This document shows positions 28,847-38,689 of a stretch of DNA of 64,000 bases, one piece after another. Positions within the stretch are counted from its first letter, which is position 1. Every line of letters starts with the position of its first letter. Origin of the DNA: a virus (lineage: Duplodnaviria; Caudoviricetes). Made by a program: the position numbers and the translations under genes. The notes beneath the pieces are model-generated. The model worked only from the letters and a program-made list of their open reading frames with translations, was not told where the DNA came from and searched no databases. Location of the stretch: the IMG/VR virus record IMGVR_UViG_3300031965_000017, positions 5,552 through 69,551 of that record; one strand, given 5' to 3'.

Positions 28847-31007
28847 CACTGAAACCTGTGGTCTATATGGTTTGCCGGTCCTTATTCAGTACGCTTATGA
28901 TGACGGGCCTGTCTGGTTGCATTGTCCCTGGACCGTGGAAGTCCGAGAGACTCTTCGGTTAATTAGAAAATTTATGGAAGAGGACCTAGTCTTCTTCAAT
29001 GCTGCTTTCGATATGTTTCATTTGTGCAAACTATACACTATTTTTGATTTAGTCCAAGACAAAGATAGTTTGCCTAATATACAAGAAATTTATGAGCTAG
29101 AACCTGAGGGTCGTAATGGACCTTGCCTTAAGCCTCGACGCTGCTGCGACATTATGCTAGTGGCCCGTAAAGGTAAGTACCAGTCAACGATGGATCGCGG
29201 CGACATACGAATCAGGAAAGTACCAAGACAATTAGCCTTCGAATTAGCCGGGTATCTTGAAGACAAAGTCAAACTAGACTCAATATATTTTGCACGACGT
29301 AAAGACCAGAATGCTGCTCGCTGGAAAGTCTTTGACCGCGACGACAGTGAAACTTTTAAGGATGTAGTACTCGGCTTCAGAGCTTCATCATCACTTAAGA
29401 ATTTAGCGATCCACGCTCTTGGACGTGATGTTATTAAGTATGCTGAAGCTACAATGCAATTAGAGTCAACATCATATCCTGAGGAGCTAGGCTACGCTCC
29501 GTTTGCTAAGGCATTGCCGCGTACAGCCAAGCGATGGCCCGACGTGATACGTAGGCATATCGCGTATTGGCATGACAATCCTCTAGCACGTAAGTACGCT
29601 GAAGAAGACGTAATACATACCCGCGACCTATGGAAACATTTAGGCAGCCCAGAGCCAGGGGACGATGATAGCGAGTTAGCTTGTATGGTGGCTGCTGTCC
29701 GCTGGAAGGGTTTCGCTATCGACCTGGAGGGTATTAAAGAGTTAAAAGAAAAAGCTGAGGTAGTTGCTAAAAGTGCTCCCAAGGCCCCTGGGCCAGTAAA
29801 ATATTATATTGGTGCAACCATGAACGAGGTTGAGAGAATGTTTCTCAACCTAGGGACCAAGAAAATTATATTAGAAGAGATAGCGAATAGTGAAGAATGG
29901 GAGGATCACCCAGCACAGGAGCGAGCTAAAAATGTACTGGCCGCTAGATTGGCTAAAAGTGAACGCGATCTCTATACTAAGCTTATTACTGCTGGTAGAT
30001 TTCATGCTAGCTTTAACGTTATCGGCACTTTGTCTAGTCGAATGGCTGGAGCGGATGGACTTAATCCCCAAGGGATCAAACGAGCCAGACACGTCAGAGA
30101 AAAGTTTCTACTTCATGATCCTGCTTCTATTTTGTGCGGCGGTGATTTCCAGTCTTTTGAAGTTAGTATCGCTGCTGCAGCTTATCCCGATCCAAAACTA
30201 ATAGCTGATCTACAACAGGGAAAAAGCATTCATGCAGTGTTCGGGATGTGCGTATATCCAAGAATGTCGTATGAAGAAATTATTAACCATAAAGAAATAT
30301 ATAATAAATGCAAAAGTGCTCTGTTTGCTCTGCTCTATGGTGGTCAAGCGTATACGCTTATGACACGCCTAGGCACCAATATTGAGATTGCTGAAAATGC
30401 TTACACTAGATTCTTAAATTTGTATCCAGTGGTCGCTGTCGAGCGAGAGAATATTTTTAACAAATTCAAGGCAATGCGACAGGACGGCGGCCTAGGGTCA
30501 AGAATCGAGTGGCATGATCCTGAAGATTATATTGAATCAATGCTTGGATTTAGGCGTCACTTTACACTAGAGAACGAGATACTAAGACATTTATACGAGG
30601 TTGCTAATAGCCCACCTAAAGACTGGCGTAAAATTAAAGGAGTGGTTAATCGACGCGACGATCGAGAACAATCAATAGGTGGTGCCACACAAACATCTCT
30701 CTACGCCGCTGGATTCGCGTTACAGGGAGCTAATATGCGGGCCGCTGGTAATCACGTAATCCAGAGCACAGGAGCCCAAATAACAAAAGCAGTACAAAGA
30801 GCAATATGGGATGTACAACCCAGCGGCATTCATTCTTGGGTTGTACAGCCTATGAATATCCACGACGAAATAATGTGCCCAACAGATCCCGACAAAGCCA
30901 GCGACGTTGAATCAGTAGTACAAAATACCGTAGACAGCTATAGGGATCGGATACCGTTACTTGGTATTGATTGGCGTACTAATCTTGATTCATGGGCGGA
31001 CAAATGA
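28833..31007 (+). CDS. polA: Family A DNA polymerase with N-terminal 3'-5' exonuclease
   Basis: IDTETCGL and FFNAAFD exonuclease motifs; TLSSRM; motif A GGDFQSFE; motif B KCKSALFALLYGG; motif C IHDEI. Confidence 0.9.
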   Translation: MIFIDTETCGLYGLPVLIQYAYDDGPVWLHCPWTVEVRETLRLIRKFMEEDLVFFNAAFDMFHLCKLYTIFDLVQDKDSLPNIQEIYELEPEGRNGPCLKPRRCCDIMLVARKGKYQSTMDRGDIRIRKVPRQLAFELAGYLEDKVKLDSIYFARRKDQNAARWKVFDRDDSETFKDVVLGFRASSSLKNLAIHALGRDVIKYAEATMQLESTSYPEELGYAPFAKALPRTAKRWPDVIRRHIAYWHDNPLARKYAEEDVIHTRDLWKHLGSPEPGDDDSELACMVAAVRWKGFAIDLEGIKELKEKAEVVAKSAPKAPGPVKYYIGATMNEVERMFLNLGTKKIILEEIANSEEWEDHPAQERAKNVLAARLAKSERDLYTKLITAGRFHASFNVIGTLSSRMAGADGLNPQGIKRARHVREKFLLHDPASILCGGDFQSFEVSIAAAAYPDPKLIADLQQGKSIHAVFGMCVYPRMSYEEIINHKEIYNKCKSALFALLYGGQAYTLMTRLGTNIEIAENAYTRFLNLYPVVAVERENIFNKFKAMRQDGGLGSRIEWHDPEDYIESMLGFRRHFTLENEILRHLYEVANSPPKDWRKIKGVVNRRDDREQSIGGATQTSLYAAGFALQGANMRAAGNHVIQSTGAQITKAVQRAIWDVQPSGIHSWVVQPMNIHDEIMCPTDPDKASDVESVVQNTVDSYRDRIPLLGIDWRTNLDSWADK

Positions 31008-31384
31008 TACTAGGACTACATAGTATTAGGGATATAGTAAAGCATAATTTTAATTACTGGAACCGATTAAGGTATACAGTAAATAGTGATGACTTTCTGC
31101 TAGCGTACAAACTCTCAAATAGTGAAGAGAAAGCTGACATTCAGCTAGCTATAGGTAAAGAACCACACTCGCATTTTAAAGACTTTATCCATAGTAAAAA
31201 GACCGCTGGATTTAACTCGCTCCAAGCTCTGAGTGTACGTAAGCTTAGAATTATAGCTAAGAATCTAAATATACCGCGTTACTGGATTCTGAATAAGCTT
31301 ACACTGGTTGACGAGATTAAGACTACTGTCGAAAAAATAAAAGCAGACACCTATGCGAAAAATACGAAGCACAAGGAAGCCTGA
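31004..31384 (+). CDS. Hypothetical protein
   Basis: ATGA overlap with the polymerase stop. Confidence 0.45.
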   Translation: MILGLHSIRDIVKHNFNYWNRLRYTVNSDDFLLAYKLSNSEEKADIQLAIGKEPHSHFKDFIHSKKTAGFNSLQALSVRKLRIIAKNLNIPRYWILNKLTLVDEIKTTVEKIKADTYAKNTKHKEA

Positions 31385-31697
31385 ATCGTCTCTTCAGACA
31401 AAGATAATTGAAATGCTGAAGATTAATGACTGGGGTGTGAAACCAACTCATGGTAATATTTATCAATACGGGTTACCTGACCTGTACGCTTTCCACCTGC
31501 ACTATGGAACGCGATGGATAGAGGTAAAAATGCCTACTAGAACAGGAAATATTTTTACTCCGGCTCAATTAGAGTTTTTTCCGGAACTAGCGTCTAAAGG
31601 GGTAGGGGTATGGGTTTTAGTGGCAGCCAGTGAGTCAGAATATAAAAAACTATTTAAGCCACCCAACTGGCACTCTTATCTGGAGGTTATGCGATGA
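31353..31697 (+). CDS. VRR-NUC-like nuclease (putative resolvase)
   Basis: ESSLQTKI, GLPDLY, WIEVK and TPAQ PD-(D/E)XK pattern. Confidence 0.8.
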   Translation: MRKIRSTRKPESSLQTKIIEMLKINDWGVKPTHGNIYQYGLPDLYAFHLHYGTRWIEVKMPTRTGNIFTPAQLEFFPELASKGVGVWVLVAASESEYKKLFKPPNWHSYLEVMR

Positions 31698-32005
31698 TTG
31701 GGGACTTGGACTATGTAGAGCGGAGACTAAAATATAAGAGTGTTTCAGACTATGACATAGAAACCTTGAGTGAAACGCTACTGGTTCTCAAGGATTTATT
31801 AATGGATCACGAGTGGCATACGGCGAGCGAAATAATTAATTTATTAAAAAATAAGGTGCAGGACCCAATCAAAGAGATACGACACTTAAGAATGAAAGGA
31901 CACATAGTATACTCTGCTAGAGACAATGAAAAGGAATGGATTTACAGACTACTATCACCATTGGAGAAACATAAGCATGTTCGAGATTCTAGTAAAAGAC
32001 GTTGA
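31694..32005 (+). CDS. Hypothetical winged-HTH-like protein
   Basis: EWHTASEI...IRHLRMKGH pattern. Confidence 0.4.
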   Translation: MIGDLDYVERRLKYKSVSDYDIETLSETLLVLKDLLMDHEWHTASEIINLLKNKVQDPIKEIRHLRMKGHIVYSARDNEKEWIYRLLSPLEKHKHVRDSSKRR

Positions 32006-32402
32006 TGGATCAGGTAAGCTTTTGCCCGTCTTTAATGGATTAGAGGACGCTGGGCTTGACTTATTTTCAGTCGAAGATGTCAACATTTATGGTGGTGAAT
32101 GGAAAGCTATTAGAATTGGTATTGCTACGGCGTTTCCTGCCCACATGGTTGCTATAATCAAAGATCGAAGTAGCATGGCTGGAAAAGGATTAACAACACT
32201 AGGAGGAGTAATAGACTCGTCGTATCGTGGTGAGTGGAAAGTAATCTTGCTTAATGTTTCGAGTTGTATGTATACTATCCGGCGTGGGGATAGGATTGCT
32301 CAAGCAATCTTTACGTCATGCCTACACCCAACCGTAAAGATGGTTAAAAGTCTGCCGGATTCTATACGTGGTACTGGTGGTTTCGGAAGCACAGGAACAT
32401 AG
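31977..32402 (+). CDS. dut: Trimeric dUTPase
   Basis: AGLDL, RSSMAGKG, GVIDSSYRGE, GDRIAQ and RGTGGFGSTG. Confidence 0.95.
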   Translation: MFEILVKDVDGSGKLLPVFNGLEDAGLDLFSVEDVNIYGGEWKAIRIGIATAFPAHMVAIIKDRSSMAGKGLTTLGGVIDSSYRGEWKVILLNVSSCMYTIRRGDRIAQAIFTSCLHPTVKMVKSLPDSIRGTGGFGSTGT

Positions 32403-32411
32403 GAGCCTAAC

Positions 32412-32582
32412 ATGCTTGACCCTAAAGAGATTGCAAAATTTGAACAAGGTATTTCAGCGTTATCAGAGATACTGCCTAGTGCAGCTTGGTCGCTCTACTC
32501 AGAGTTTCTAAAGCAAGGGTTCAGTGAAGCTCAAGCAATGGAATTGGTTTGTACCTGGATCATGAGTGTGGGGCCTAAGTGA
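32412..32582 (+). CDS. Small hypothetical protein (56 aa, not in the ORF track)
   Basis: AGGAG RBS followed by MLDPKEIAKFEQG...MSVGPK. Confidence 0.55.
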   Translation: MLDPKEIAKFEQGISALSEILPSAAWSLYSEFLKQGFSEAQAMELVCTWIMSVGPK

Positions 32583-32694
32583 TGAGATACGTAGTAGTAA
32601 TTGCGTCTTATGCTAAGGGCATCGATATGGTTGTCGGACCATTTAATTTTGCTACTGTACATGAACTATATGATAGCCAGGGGATAGTGACATT

Positions 32695-32865
32695 ATGATC
32701 AAACACTTTTGCGACCTATGCGGGGAATCTGCTATTAGCAGTTCATCAGTAGAGATTACTAGAACTGGTGTAAGGATTAGAATAGTCTGGGACTCAGATA
32801 TTTGTGTTAAATGCTTAGTACATACTTTGAAGAAGATAATTGCTGACGTAGAGGAGAAGGAATGA
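32695..32865 (+). CDS. Small zinc-finger-like protein (not in the ORF track)
   Basis: MIKHFCDLCG...DICVKC; the stop overlaps the nrdJ start. Confidence 0.55.
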   Translation: MIKHFCDLCGESAISSSSVEITRTGVRIRIVWDSDICVKCLVHTLKKIIADVEEKE

Positions 32866-34796
32866 AGTTTGCTCAACGGTTGTCTGAGTCTTTCGTACAA
32901 GAGTATAAAAATCGTACTCCACCTTTTGGTCCAGTCGGCTATGTAACGTACAAGCGTACCTACTCTCGAAAGCTCCCACACGACAACCATACTGAAGAAT
33001 GGTATCAAACTGTTGAGAGATGCTGTAATGGTATTCTACAGATTGGTGGTCAATTTACACAGGGCGAGATCGAGCAACTCTATGACTATGTGTTCAATCT
33101 CCGATGCTGCTTCAGTGGCCGAGCACTGTGGCAGCTAGGAACTAGCACAATACATAAGATTGGAGCTGATAGTCTACAGAATTGCTGGGCCGTTGCTGTC
33201 GATCATCCCATTGAACCATTCTGCTTTGCTTTTAATGAACTAATGCTCGGGGGTGGCGTAGGATTCAATATTAGTAAGGAGCATGTATACGAGTTACCTA
33301 AGGTACGCTACGGTGTAAAGGTAACTAGATTAGACGAGCCTGACGTTGATTTTATTGTTCCAGATAATCGAGAAGGTTGGGTAGAATTATTACGACGAGT
33401 GCTGACAGCTTTCTTTTATACTGGAGAAAACCTTACTTATAGTACAATATGTATTAGGAGTAAAGGAAAACCTATTACTACATTCGGCGGTACTGCTTCA
33501 GGTTCCGAGAATCTAGTTGACGGTATCACCAAAATAGTAAAAATATTAAATAGCCGATTATACCACAAACTTCGGCCTATTGACTGCCTTGATATAATGA
33601 ATATTATTGGTAGTGTAGTGGTCGCTGGCAACGTAAGGCGTAGTGCTGAGATTGCACTAGGGGATATTGATGATACAGCTTTCGTTACTGCAAAGAACTG
33701 GAATAAGCAGCAACTCCCTAACTGGAGGAGTATGAGCAATAATAGTGTCATTTGCAATAATGTTAACAGTCTCACTCCAGAATTTTGGGAAGGCTACGAG
33801 GGGAACGGCGAACCCTATGGGCTAGTACACTTGGACAATTGTCGCAGGTTTGGGCGTACTGGCGAAGAAGTCGAAGACCACTATGTAATCGGTACTAACC
33901 CATGCGGCGAGATTACTCTAGAGAGCTATGAGCCATGCAATCTTTTTGAACTGTTTCTACCTAATCTGCATAGTGTTGAAGAATTTTTAACTGCTGCTAC
34001 ACTAGGCTACAAAGTCTGCAAAACAATCAGCAACTACCCATTCTCGAACTCTATGATTAATGAGGTTGTACAACGCAACCATCGATTAGGGATTGGTCTT
34101 AGTGGCTTTTTACAGAGTCGCTGGATTAATAAGTCTAATGAGATTTCGACCGTCTACGAAGACTTAAGAGAAACCGACCTTCAATTCTCGAAGCAGCTTA
34201 ATATTTCATCTTCAATTAAGCTGACTACTATAAAACCTTCGGGTACACTATCCTTACTGGCGGGCGTTACGCCAGGCGTACATCCAGCCTACGCACAACA
34301 TTATGTGCGGAGAATACGCTTTTCAGCATCCGATCCATTGGTCGATGAATGCCGAAAGAGCGGCTATCGAGTGGAGCCGTCGCTTAATTACGATGGGACT
34401 ACAAACCTGGATACTATGATTGTATCTTTCCCTATTAAAACACCTAGTGGCACAATTTTATCAAAGCAAGTTAGTGCTATTGACCAATTGCAGTTTCAAT
34501 CTTTCTTGCAACACTTTTGGTCAGACAATGCAGTATCTATTACCTGCTACTATAAAAAAGAAGAGTTACCTAATATCAAACAATATCTTAAAAATAATTA
34601 CGAGACAATTAAAACTGTCTCGTTCCTATTACATTCCGACCATGGGTTTGTCCAGGCTCCACTGGAAGAAATCTCCCAAGAAAAATATAACCAACTAACA
34701 GAGAACTTGAAGCCAATACTCAGGACCCAAGAAACCGGAGACTACAGCCTTATTGATAGTCTCGAATGTACGTCTGGAGGGTGTCCTGTAAAATAA
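32862..34796 (+). CDS. nrdJ: Class II (B12-dependent) ribonucleotide reductase
   Basis: SGRALW, NCW, TNPCGEI...PCNL, TTIKPSGT and the C-terminal CTSGGCPVK cysteine pair. Confidence 0.9.
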   Translation: MKFAQRLSESFVQEYKNRTPPFGPVGYVTYKRTYSRKLPHDNHTEEWYQTVERCCNGILQIGGQFTQGEIEQLYDYVFNLRCCFSGRALWQLGTSTIHKIGADSLQNCWAVAVDHPIEPFCFAFNELMLGGGVGFNISKEHVYELPKVRYGVKVTRLDEPDVDFIVPDNREGWVELLRRVLTAFFYTGENLTYSTICIRSKGKPITTFGGTASGSENLVDGITKIVKILNSRLYHKLRPIDCLDIMNIIGSVVVAGNVRRSAEIALGDIDDTAFVTAKNWNKQQLPNWRSMSNNSVICNNVNSLTPEFWEGYEGNGEPYGLVHLDNCRRFGRTGEEVEDHYVIGTNPCGEITLESYEPCNLFELFLPNLHSVEEFLTAATLGYKVCKTISNYPFSNSMINEVVQRNHRLGIGLSGFLQSRWINKSNEISTVYEDLRETDLQFSKQLNISSSIKLTTIKPSGTLSLLAGVTPGVHPAYAQHYVRRIRFSASDPLVDECRKSGYRVEPSLNYDGTTNLDTMIVSFPIKTPSGTILSKQVSAIDQLQFQSFLQHFWSDNAVSITCYYKKEELPNIKQYLKNNYETIKTVSFLLHSDHGFVQAPLEEISQEKYNQLTENLKPILRTQETGDYSLIDSLECTSGGCPVK

Positions 34797-34813
34797 TCTT
34801 AATTGAGGGTATA

Positions 34814-35296
34814 ATGGCTAGAGTCGGAGTATTCATTGACGTAGCGAATTGTTACTATAACATTAACAAACGCTGGCCTAATAGAAAGCTTAACTATGGA
34901 ACCTATTTAGGCAAAGCAAAAGAAATGGGAACAGAAATAGGGAGGGCTATCGCCTATGGTACACAAATAGAGGATGGAGCTAGGAAGTTCATAAGTTGCC
35001 TTAATTTGATTGGTTTTGAGCCCAAGTACAGAACTGTTGAGCGTAACCAATGGTACTCGTGGGATGTGGGCATGTGCGTTGACATGATTCGTAACCACGA
35101 AAAGCTTGATGTGATTGTGCTAGGAAACAGTAGTAGGAACATAGTACCTATTGTTCAATATCTACAAGAGAAAGGTATTAAAACTATTATTCTGGCGTGT
35201 GGCATTCCGCGAGAGTTACGCGAGTGCTGCTTTAAATGGATAGAACTAACCGAGGATATGCTTGAGGAACAAGAAAATGGAGAACGACCTATTTGA
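34814..35296 (+). CDS. NYN domain (LabA/DUF88-like) protein
   Basis: VFIDVAN, WDVGMCVDM, VIVLG.....VPIVQYLQEKG. The usual SGDxD acidic motif appears altered to NSSRN. Confidence 0.75.
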   Translation: MARVGVFIDVANCYYNINKRWPNRKLNYGTYLGKAKEMGTEIGRAIAYGTQIEDGARKFISCLNLIGFEPKYRTVERNQWYSWDVGMCVDMIRNHEKLDVIVLGNSSRNIVPIVQYLQEKGIKTIILACGIPRELRECCFKWIELTEDMLEEQENGERPI

Positions 35297-35504
35297 TTGG
35301 GAAGACTGGGATCTTAGTGACACTTGTCAATTTACTTTCTGTGATATTACACTAAAAGTAAAAATTGATAATTTTGAACCAGGGACCAAGTTTTCTACCG
35401 CAATAATTGACACTGAAAGAGGAGCACTTGAACTCTGGCCTAGTCCTGAAGGGATAGTGGCATATAGGTATAAGCTGTCTTATACTGTAGGGGAACGCAT
35501 ATGA
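35277..35504 (+). CDS. Hypothetical protein
   Basis: Coupled ORF. Confidence 0.45.
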   Translation: MENDLFDWEDWDLSDTCQFTFCDITLKVKIDNFEPGTKFSTAIIDTERGALELWPSPEGIVAYRYKLSYTVGERI

Positions 35505-35992
35505 TCACGCTACAGCGTCAACCGAATGGATGGTCGTGTCTGCCAACCTCGTTCGCTATGACGCTGGATGTCCCTGTTGATAAAATTATTAGTTACATGG
35601 GTCACGATGGTTCGGAAATATATTTTCCGAACCGTCCAGATCCCTTCGGGCGTCGAGCGTTTCATCCTCAGGAAATAATGCCTTATGCACTATTAATGCA
35701 TAATACAGCTATACTACAGTTTGATCAAACAATGTTGTTTCTTAACAAATACCGTGACATAAAGGAGGAAGATTTCTCACCTACAATGGCTGGGTTAATG
35801 TGTGCTAAATGTAGGAAGGTACTCACAGGGTCGCTGGATTCTGGAAGTAGGTTTCATGCTGTGGCTTTGGACGTGGACAATATAGTCTATGATCCAAACG
35901 GGACAAAGTACACTTTGGACACTTTGGATGATAAATTTAACATTACCTCCTTATTTTTAATCATACGCAAAACTATTAAAAATCTTTTTTAG
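35501..35992 (+). CDS. Peptidase C39-like protein
   Basis: QRQPNGWSCLPTSFAM (Q, C), FHAVAL (H), VYDP (D). Confidence 0.7.
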   Translation: MITLQRQPNGWSCLPTSFAMTLDVPVDKIISYMGHDGSEIYFPNRPDPFGRRAFHPQEIMPYALLMHNTAILQFDQTMLFLNKYRDIKEEDFSPTMAGLMCAKCRKVLTGSLDSGSRFHAVALDVDNIVYDPNGTKYTLDTLDDKFNITSLFLIIRKTIKNLF

Positions 35993-35997
35993 ACCCC

Positions 35998-36026
35998 TTG
36001 ACAGCTATATACTAGTCCTCTATAAT
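35998..36026 (+). promoter_or_regulatory. Consensus sigma70 promoter
   Basis: TTGACA-N17-TATAAT exact match, intergenic, upstream of the sigma-like gene. Confidence 0.85.
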
Positions 36027-36135
36027 GGTGTTGCGGCGGGGTGCCGCAACATTGGACATGTTATATTGATTATTAACATGCTAATGTTAAATTTATCAAG
36101 GAAGGTTTCGGTCAATGGATTTGAGCGGTAAGAAG

Positions 36136-36903
36136 ATGTCAGAGGATTACATGGTAATTTTAACACAAAAATATAAGGAAAACCGTCATGCGACAGTATG
36201 CTTAAAATGCTGTCAAATTGACTGCTTAAAACATAGATATGACACCATACCAATACTAGAGTACCTGATCAGACATCATGTTGATTTAGTGAGGTTTCTG
36301 ACATTAAAATTCCCCCGGCGACACCGGGAAGAATTAATGAGCCTCGGGGTATATGTTGTTACCGAAATAATTACAACTCGCATCCATGAGATTCGCAACA
36401 AGAAAATCACACCATACCTATGGTCAACAATATGGAGGCAAATGCTCAGGCGTGTGCGGAGGGGTGCAATGGTAGGTAAGAAAGTAGATAAGGAGCCAGA
36501 ATTTGAAATAGTACCTTTACCTGATAATTTAACAGACTCAAGGAACGAGGTATCTGTTGTCGATTTCAAAGACATGGTAGATAGCTGTTGTTACAATAAA
36601 ACACAGAAATTTATCATGCAAAAAACTATGGAAGGTGGATACAATGTCCAGGACATTGCGGACGAACTTAGCATGTCAACTGGACAGGTCTCAAAAATTC
36701 GGAGTAGTCTCGGAAATGACTTGAGATTCAAAATGAAAGGATACTCAGTTGAAGAAAGCATTACCAAAAGACTTCGTGTCTCATGTAAATGCACTTGTCG
36801 ATATAATTTACGACAAGGCCGCAAACAAGTGGGACTGGAAGTACACAGCAGAACTGAAACAGTGGTCGGAAGTAGCGGGGTTACATCCGAACACGATTTA
36901 TAG
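36136..36903 (+). CDS. Sigma-70-like factor
   Basis: Region-2-like LIRHHVDLVRFL...EELMSLG and region-4 HTH YNVQDIADELSMSTGQVSKIR. Confidence 0.6.
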   Translation: MSEDYMVILTQKYKENRHATVCLKCCQIDCLKHRYDTIPILEYLIRHHVDLVRFLTLKFPRRHREELMSLGVYVVTEIITTRIHEIRNKKITPYLWSTIWRQMLRRVRRGAMVGKKVDKEPEFEIVPLPDNLTDSRNEVSVVDFKDMVDSCCYNKTQKFIMQKTMEGGYNVQDIADELSMSTGQVSKIRSSLGNDLRFKMKGYSVEESITKRLRVSCKCTCRYNLRQGRKQVGLEVHSRTETVVGSSGVTSEHDL

Positions 36904-37024
36904 TATGGGGATAAGGCAAACAAAATCACCTCAACTGATGACGGTTTTCAAGCTAGCGAAGTCCGTAGGGTTGATAGTACAACTAGTTGATGGTGCCATA
37001 AAGCTACGCCGCAAAGCAGCGTAG
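36749..37024 (+). CDS. XRE-like HTH protein
   Basis: WSEVAGLHPNTIY...TKSPQLMTVFKLAKSVG. Confidence 0.6.
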   Translation: MKKALPKDFVSHVNALVDIIYDKAANKWDWKYTAELKQWSEVAGLHPNTIYSMGIRQTKSPQLMTVFKLAKSVGLIVQLVDGAIKLRRKAA

Positions 37025-37111
37025 CAGCATAGGCACCCTTCGGGGACCTGGGGTATGTGACTATGATAGTCGCTGCCCCAGGATTTATTATAATAACTAT
37101 GGGGAAAAGCT

Positions 37112-37417
37112 ATGACAACAGAACGAACATCAAAACAATCGTTGGTCCATGACTTTCTGGTCAAGTACCCTGATGCAGGACCGAAAGAAGTTGCAAAGAA
37201 ATTTAACTGTGTTCCAGGCACCTACTATGCTGTGAAAAAGAAACTACGTGAAGAAGCCAGCGACCCTGGATCAGTATCAAAAGTATCAAAAAAACGATCA
37301 GTATCTAAAGACAACGGTGCTAACGGTGCTGACAACGAATTTGTGCAGGCCATTAAAAAGATTGGCCTGAGGCGTGCTAGACTAATTATGGACATTTTTG
37401 AAACAATTAAGGCTTAG
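37112..37417 (+). CDS. Small HTH-like DNA-binding protein
   Basis: GPKEVAKKFNCVPGTYYAVKK. Confidence 0.45.
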   Translation: MTTERTSKQSLVHDFLVKYPDAGPKEVAKKFNCVPGTYYAVKKKLREEASDPGSVSKVSKKRSVSKDNGANGADNEFVQAIKKIGLRRARLIMDIFETIKA

Positions 37418-37499
37418 GTGCATCCCCACAGCCCTGCTGAGAGTACCTAAGCCGGTTGCTAGCCTCAGCAGGGCACTTATTAACTTTATAGGAGAGTGT

Positions 37500-38237
37500 A
37501 TGAAACTGAATCAGCTTATTGCAATCGTTAATGGGGCAAAATCCCAAGCACAAAAAGGAGTGACTGAAGCATATAAGAAAGTGCAGAGTGATACACTGCT
37601 GACAGGCATTAGCCGTACCTATCGGCCCAAGGATGAGGAAGGCGATCAGCTACCGGCGGAATCTAAGCGAGTACAATACAACTACAAGCGTGCTTTTGAC
37701 GACGCTGCAAACGAGTGGTGTAATCTGTGGGATTTGATTGCCCAACAAGACAGAGCAAATCAGCAAGCGTCAGCTGATGTGGTCGTGGATGGTAATATTA
37801 TTATTGCAAAGGTTGCCGTTACCACGCTCATCTTCCTTGAGAAGCAGCTAGTTGACATGAAGACGTTCATCGAAAAGATTCCCACGCTCGACCAAGCGGA
37901 ACGCTGGACGTGGGATGAGATGGCGGATGCCTATACGTCTGAGGAGACAGCAACGACGCGGACAAAAAAGGTTCCGCGTAACCACGTCAAGTACGAGGCA
38001 ACCAAGGAGCATCCGGCTCAGGTTGAAGTTTTTAATGAGGATGTAATTGTTGGTACCTGGGCAACTAGAAAGTTCTCCGGTGCCATCCCAGCGGCCAAGA
38101 AAACAGCGTTGCTACACCGCATTCACAGACTCCAAGATGCTGTGAAAGTGGCTCGTGAAGAAGCGAATCTTCAAATAGTTCCACAATACGCCATTAGTGG
38201 GGAGCTGTTAGATTACCTGATTGTGCCACTACTATAG
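37500..38237 (+). CDS. Conserved uncharacterised 245-aa protein (recalled as DUF7873-like); candidate partner of the downstream RNA
   Basis: GGAG RBS then MKLNQLIA. GISRTYRPKDEEGDQLP, LIFLEKQL, TRTKKVP, EATKEHPAQV and KFSGA resemble an actinobacterial/phage family I recall; the DUF number is from memory and unverified. Confidence 0.7.
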   Translation: MKLNQLIAIVNGAKSQAQKGVTEAYKKVQSDTLLTGISRTYRPKDEEGDQLPAESKRVQYNYKRAFDDAANEWCNLWDLIAQQDRANQQASADVVVDGNIIIAKVAVTTLIFLEKQLVDMKTFIEKIPTLDQAERWTWDEMADAYTSEETATTRTKKVPRNHVKYEATKEHPAQVEVFNEDVIVGTWATRKFSGAIPAAKKTALLHRIHRLQDAVKVAREEANLQIVPQYAISGELLDYLIVPLL

Positions 38238-38250
38238 AAATGTAAAAAAG

Positions 38251-38602
38251 GTACAGTCTTAGGCTTAGTCTAAAAAACACCTAAAGTGCAGGTTCGAGAC
38301 CTGCCCCGCCTATTGAGGGTCCTAGGCCATAGGCCCTAGGCCCTCAATAGGCGGGTAGCCCAACAGGCAGAGGCGGGTCATCAATGTCAGATTAAGACTA
38401 TTACCTTAGACTGAAACAAAAGGTTAACGGATCAAATCGAGTTCAGATGTTTTGACTGCTGGATACTGGTTCAATTCCGGTCCCCTCGGCCCAGGGCCAC
38501 TGACCAGGGCCTGCCTGGCAGGGCCTTAGGCCGAGGGGTAGCTTAAAGGTAAAGCAAAGCAGTATAAGATTAAGCATCTGATTAAAAGGATAGTGTTGAT
38601 CC
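38251..38602 (+). ncRNA. Structured ncRNA with two tandem circularly permuted tRNA-like domains
   Basis: T arms gcagg-TTCGAGA-cctgc (38288-38304) and actgg-TTCAATT-ccggt (38465-38481). Acceptor-like helices 38305-38319/38341-38355 and 38482-38491/38529-38538. D arms gcc-caacaggcaga-ggc (38358-38374) and gctt-aaaggta-aagc (38541-38555). Flanks pair in nested helices. Confidence 0.8.
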
Positions 38603-38652
38603 AGCGACCTATGGGAAGCAATACCCTGATAAGGTATCGAGCTACCACAATG

Positions 38653-38689
38653 GCCCGGCGGGCAGGTTACGCCCGCCGGGCTCCTTTAA
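38653..38689 (+). terminator. Rho-independent terminator after the ncRNA
   Basis: 11-bp stem gcccggcgggc-aggttac-gcccgccgggc followed by tccttt. Confidence 0.7.

Noticed and set aside
38288-38555. Canonical tRNA genes
   Set aside because: Halves are in reversed order, with no 7-nt anticodon loop or encoded CCA end. Joining unit 1's D arm to unit 2's T arm gives non-complementary acceptor strands (AGGCGGG versus CCCCTCG).
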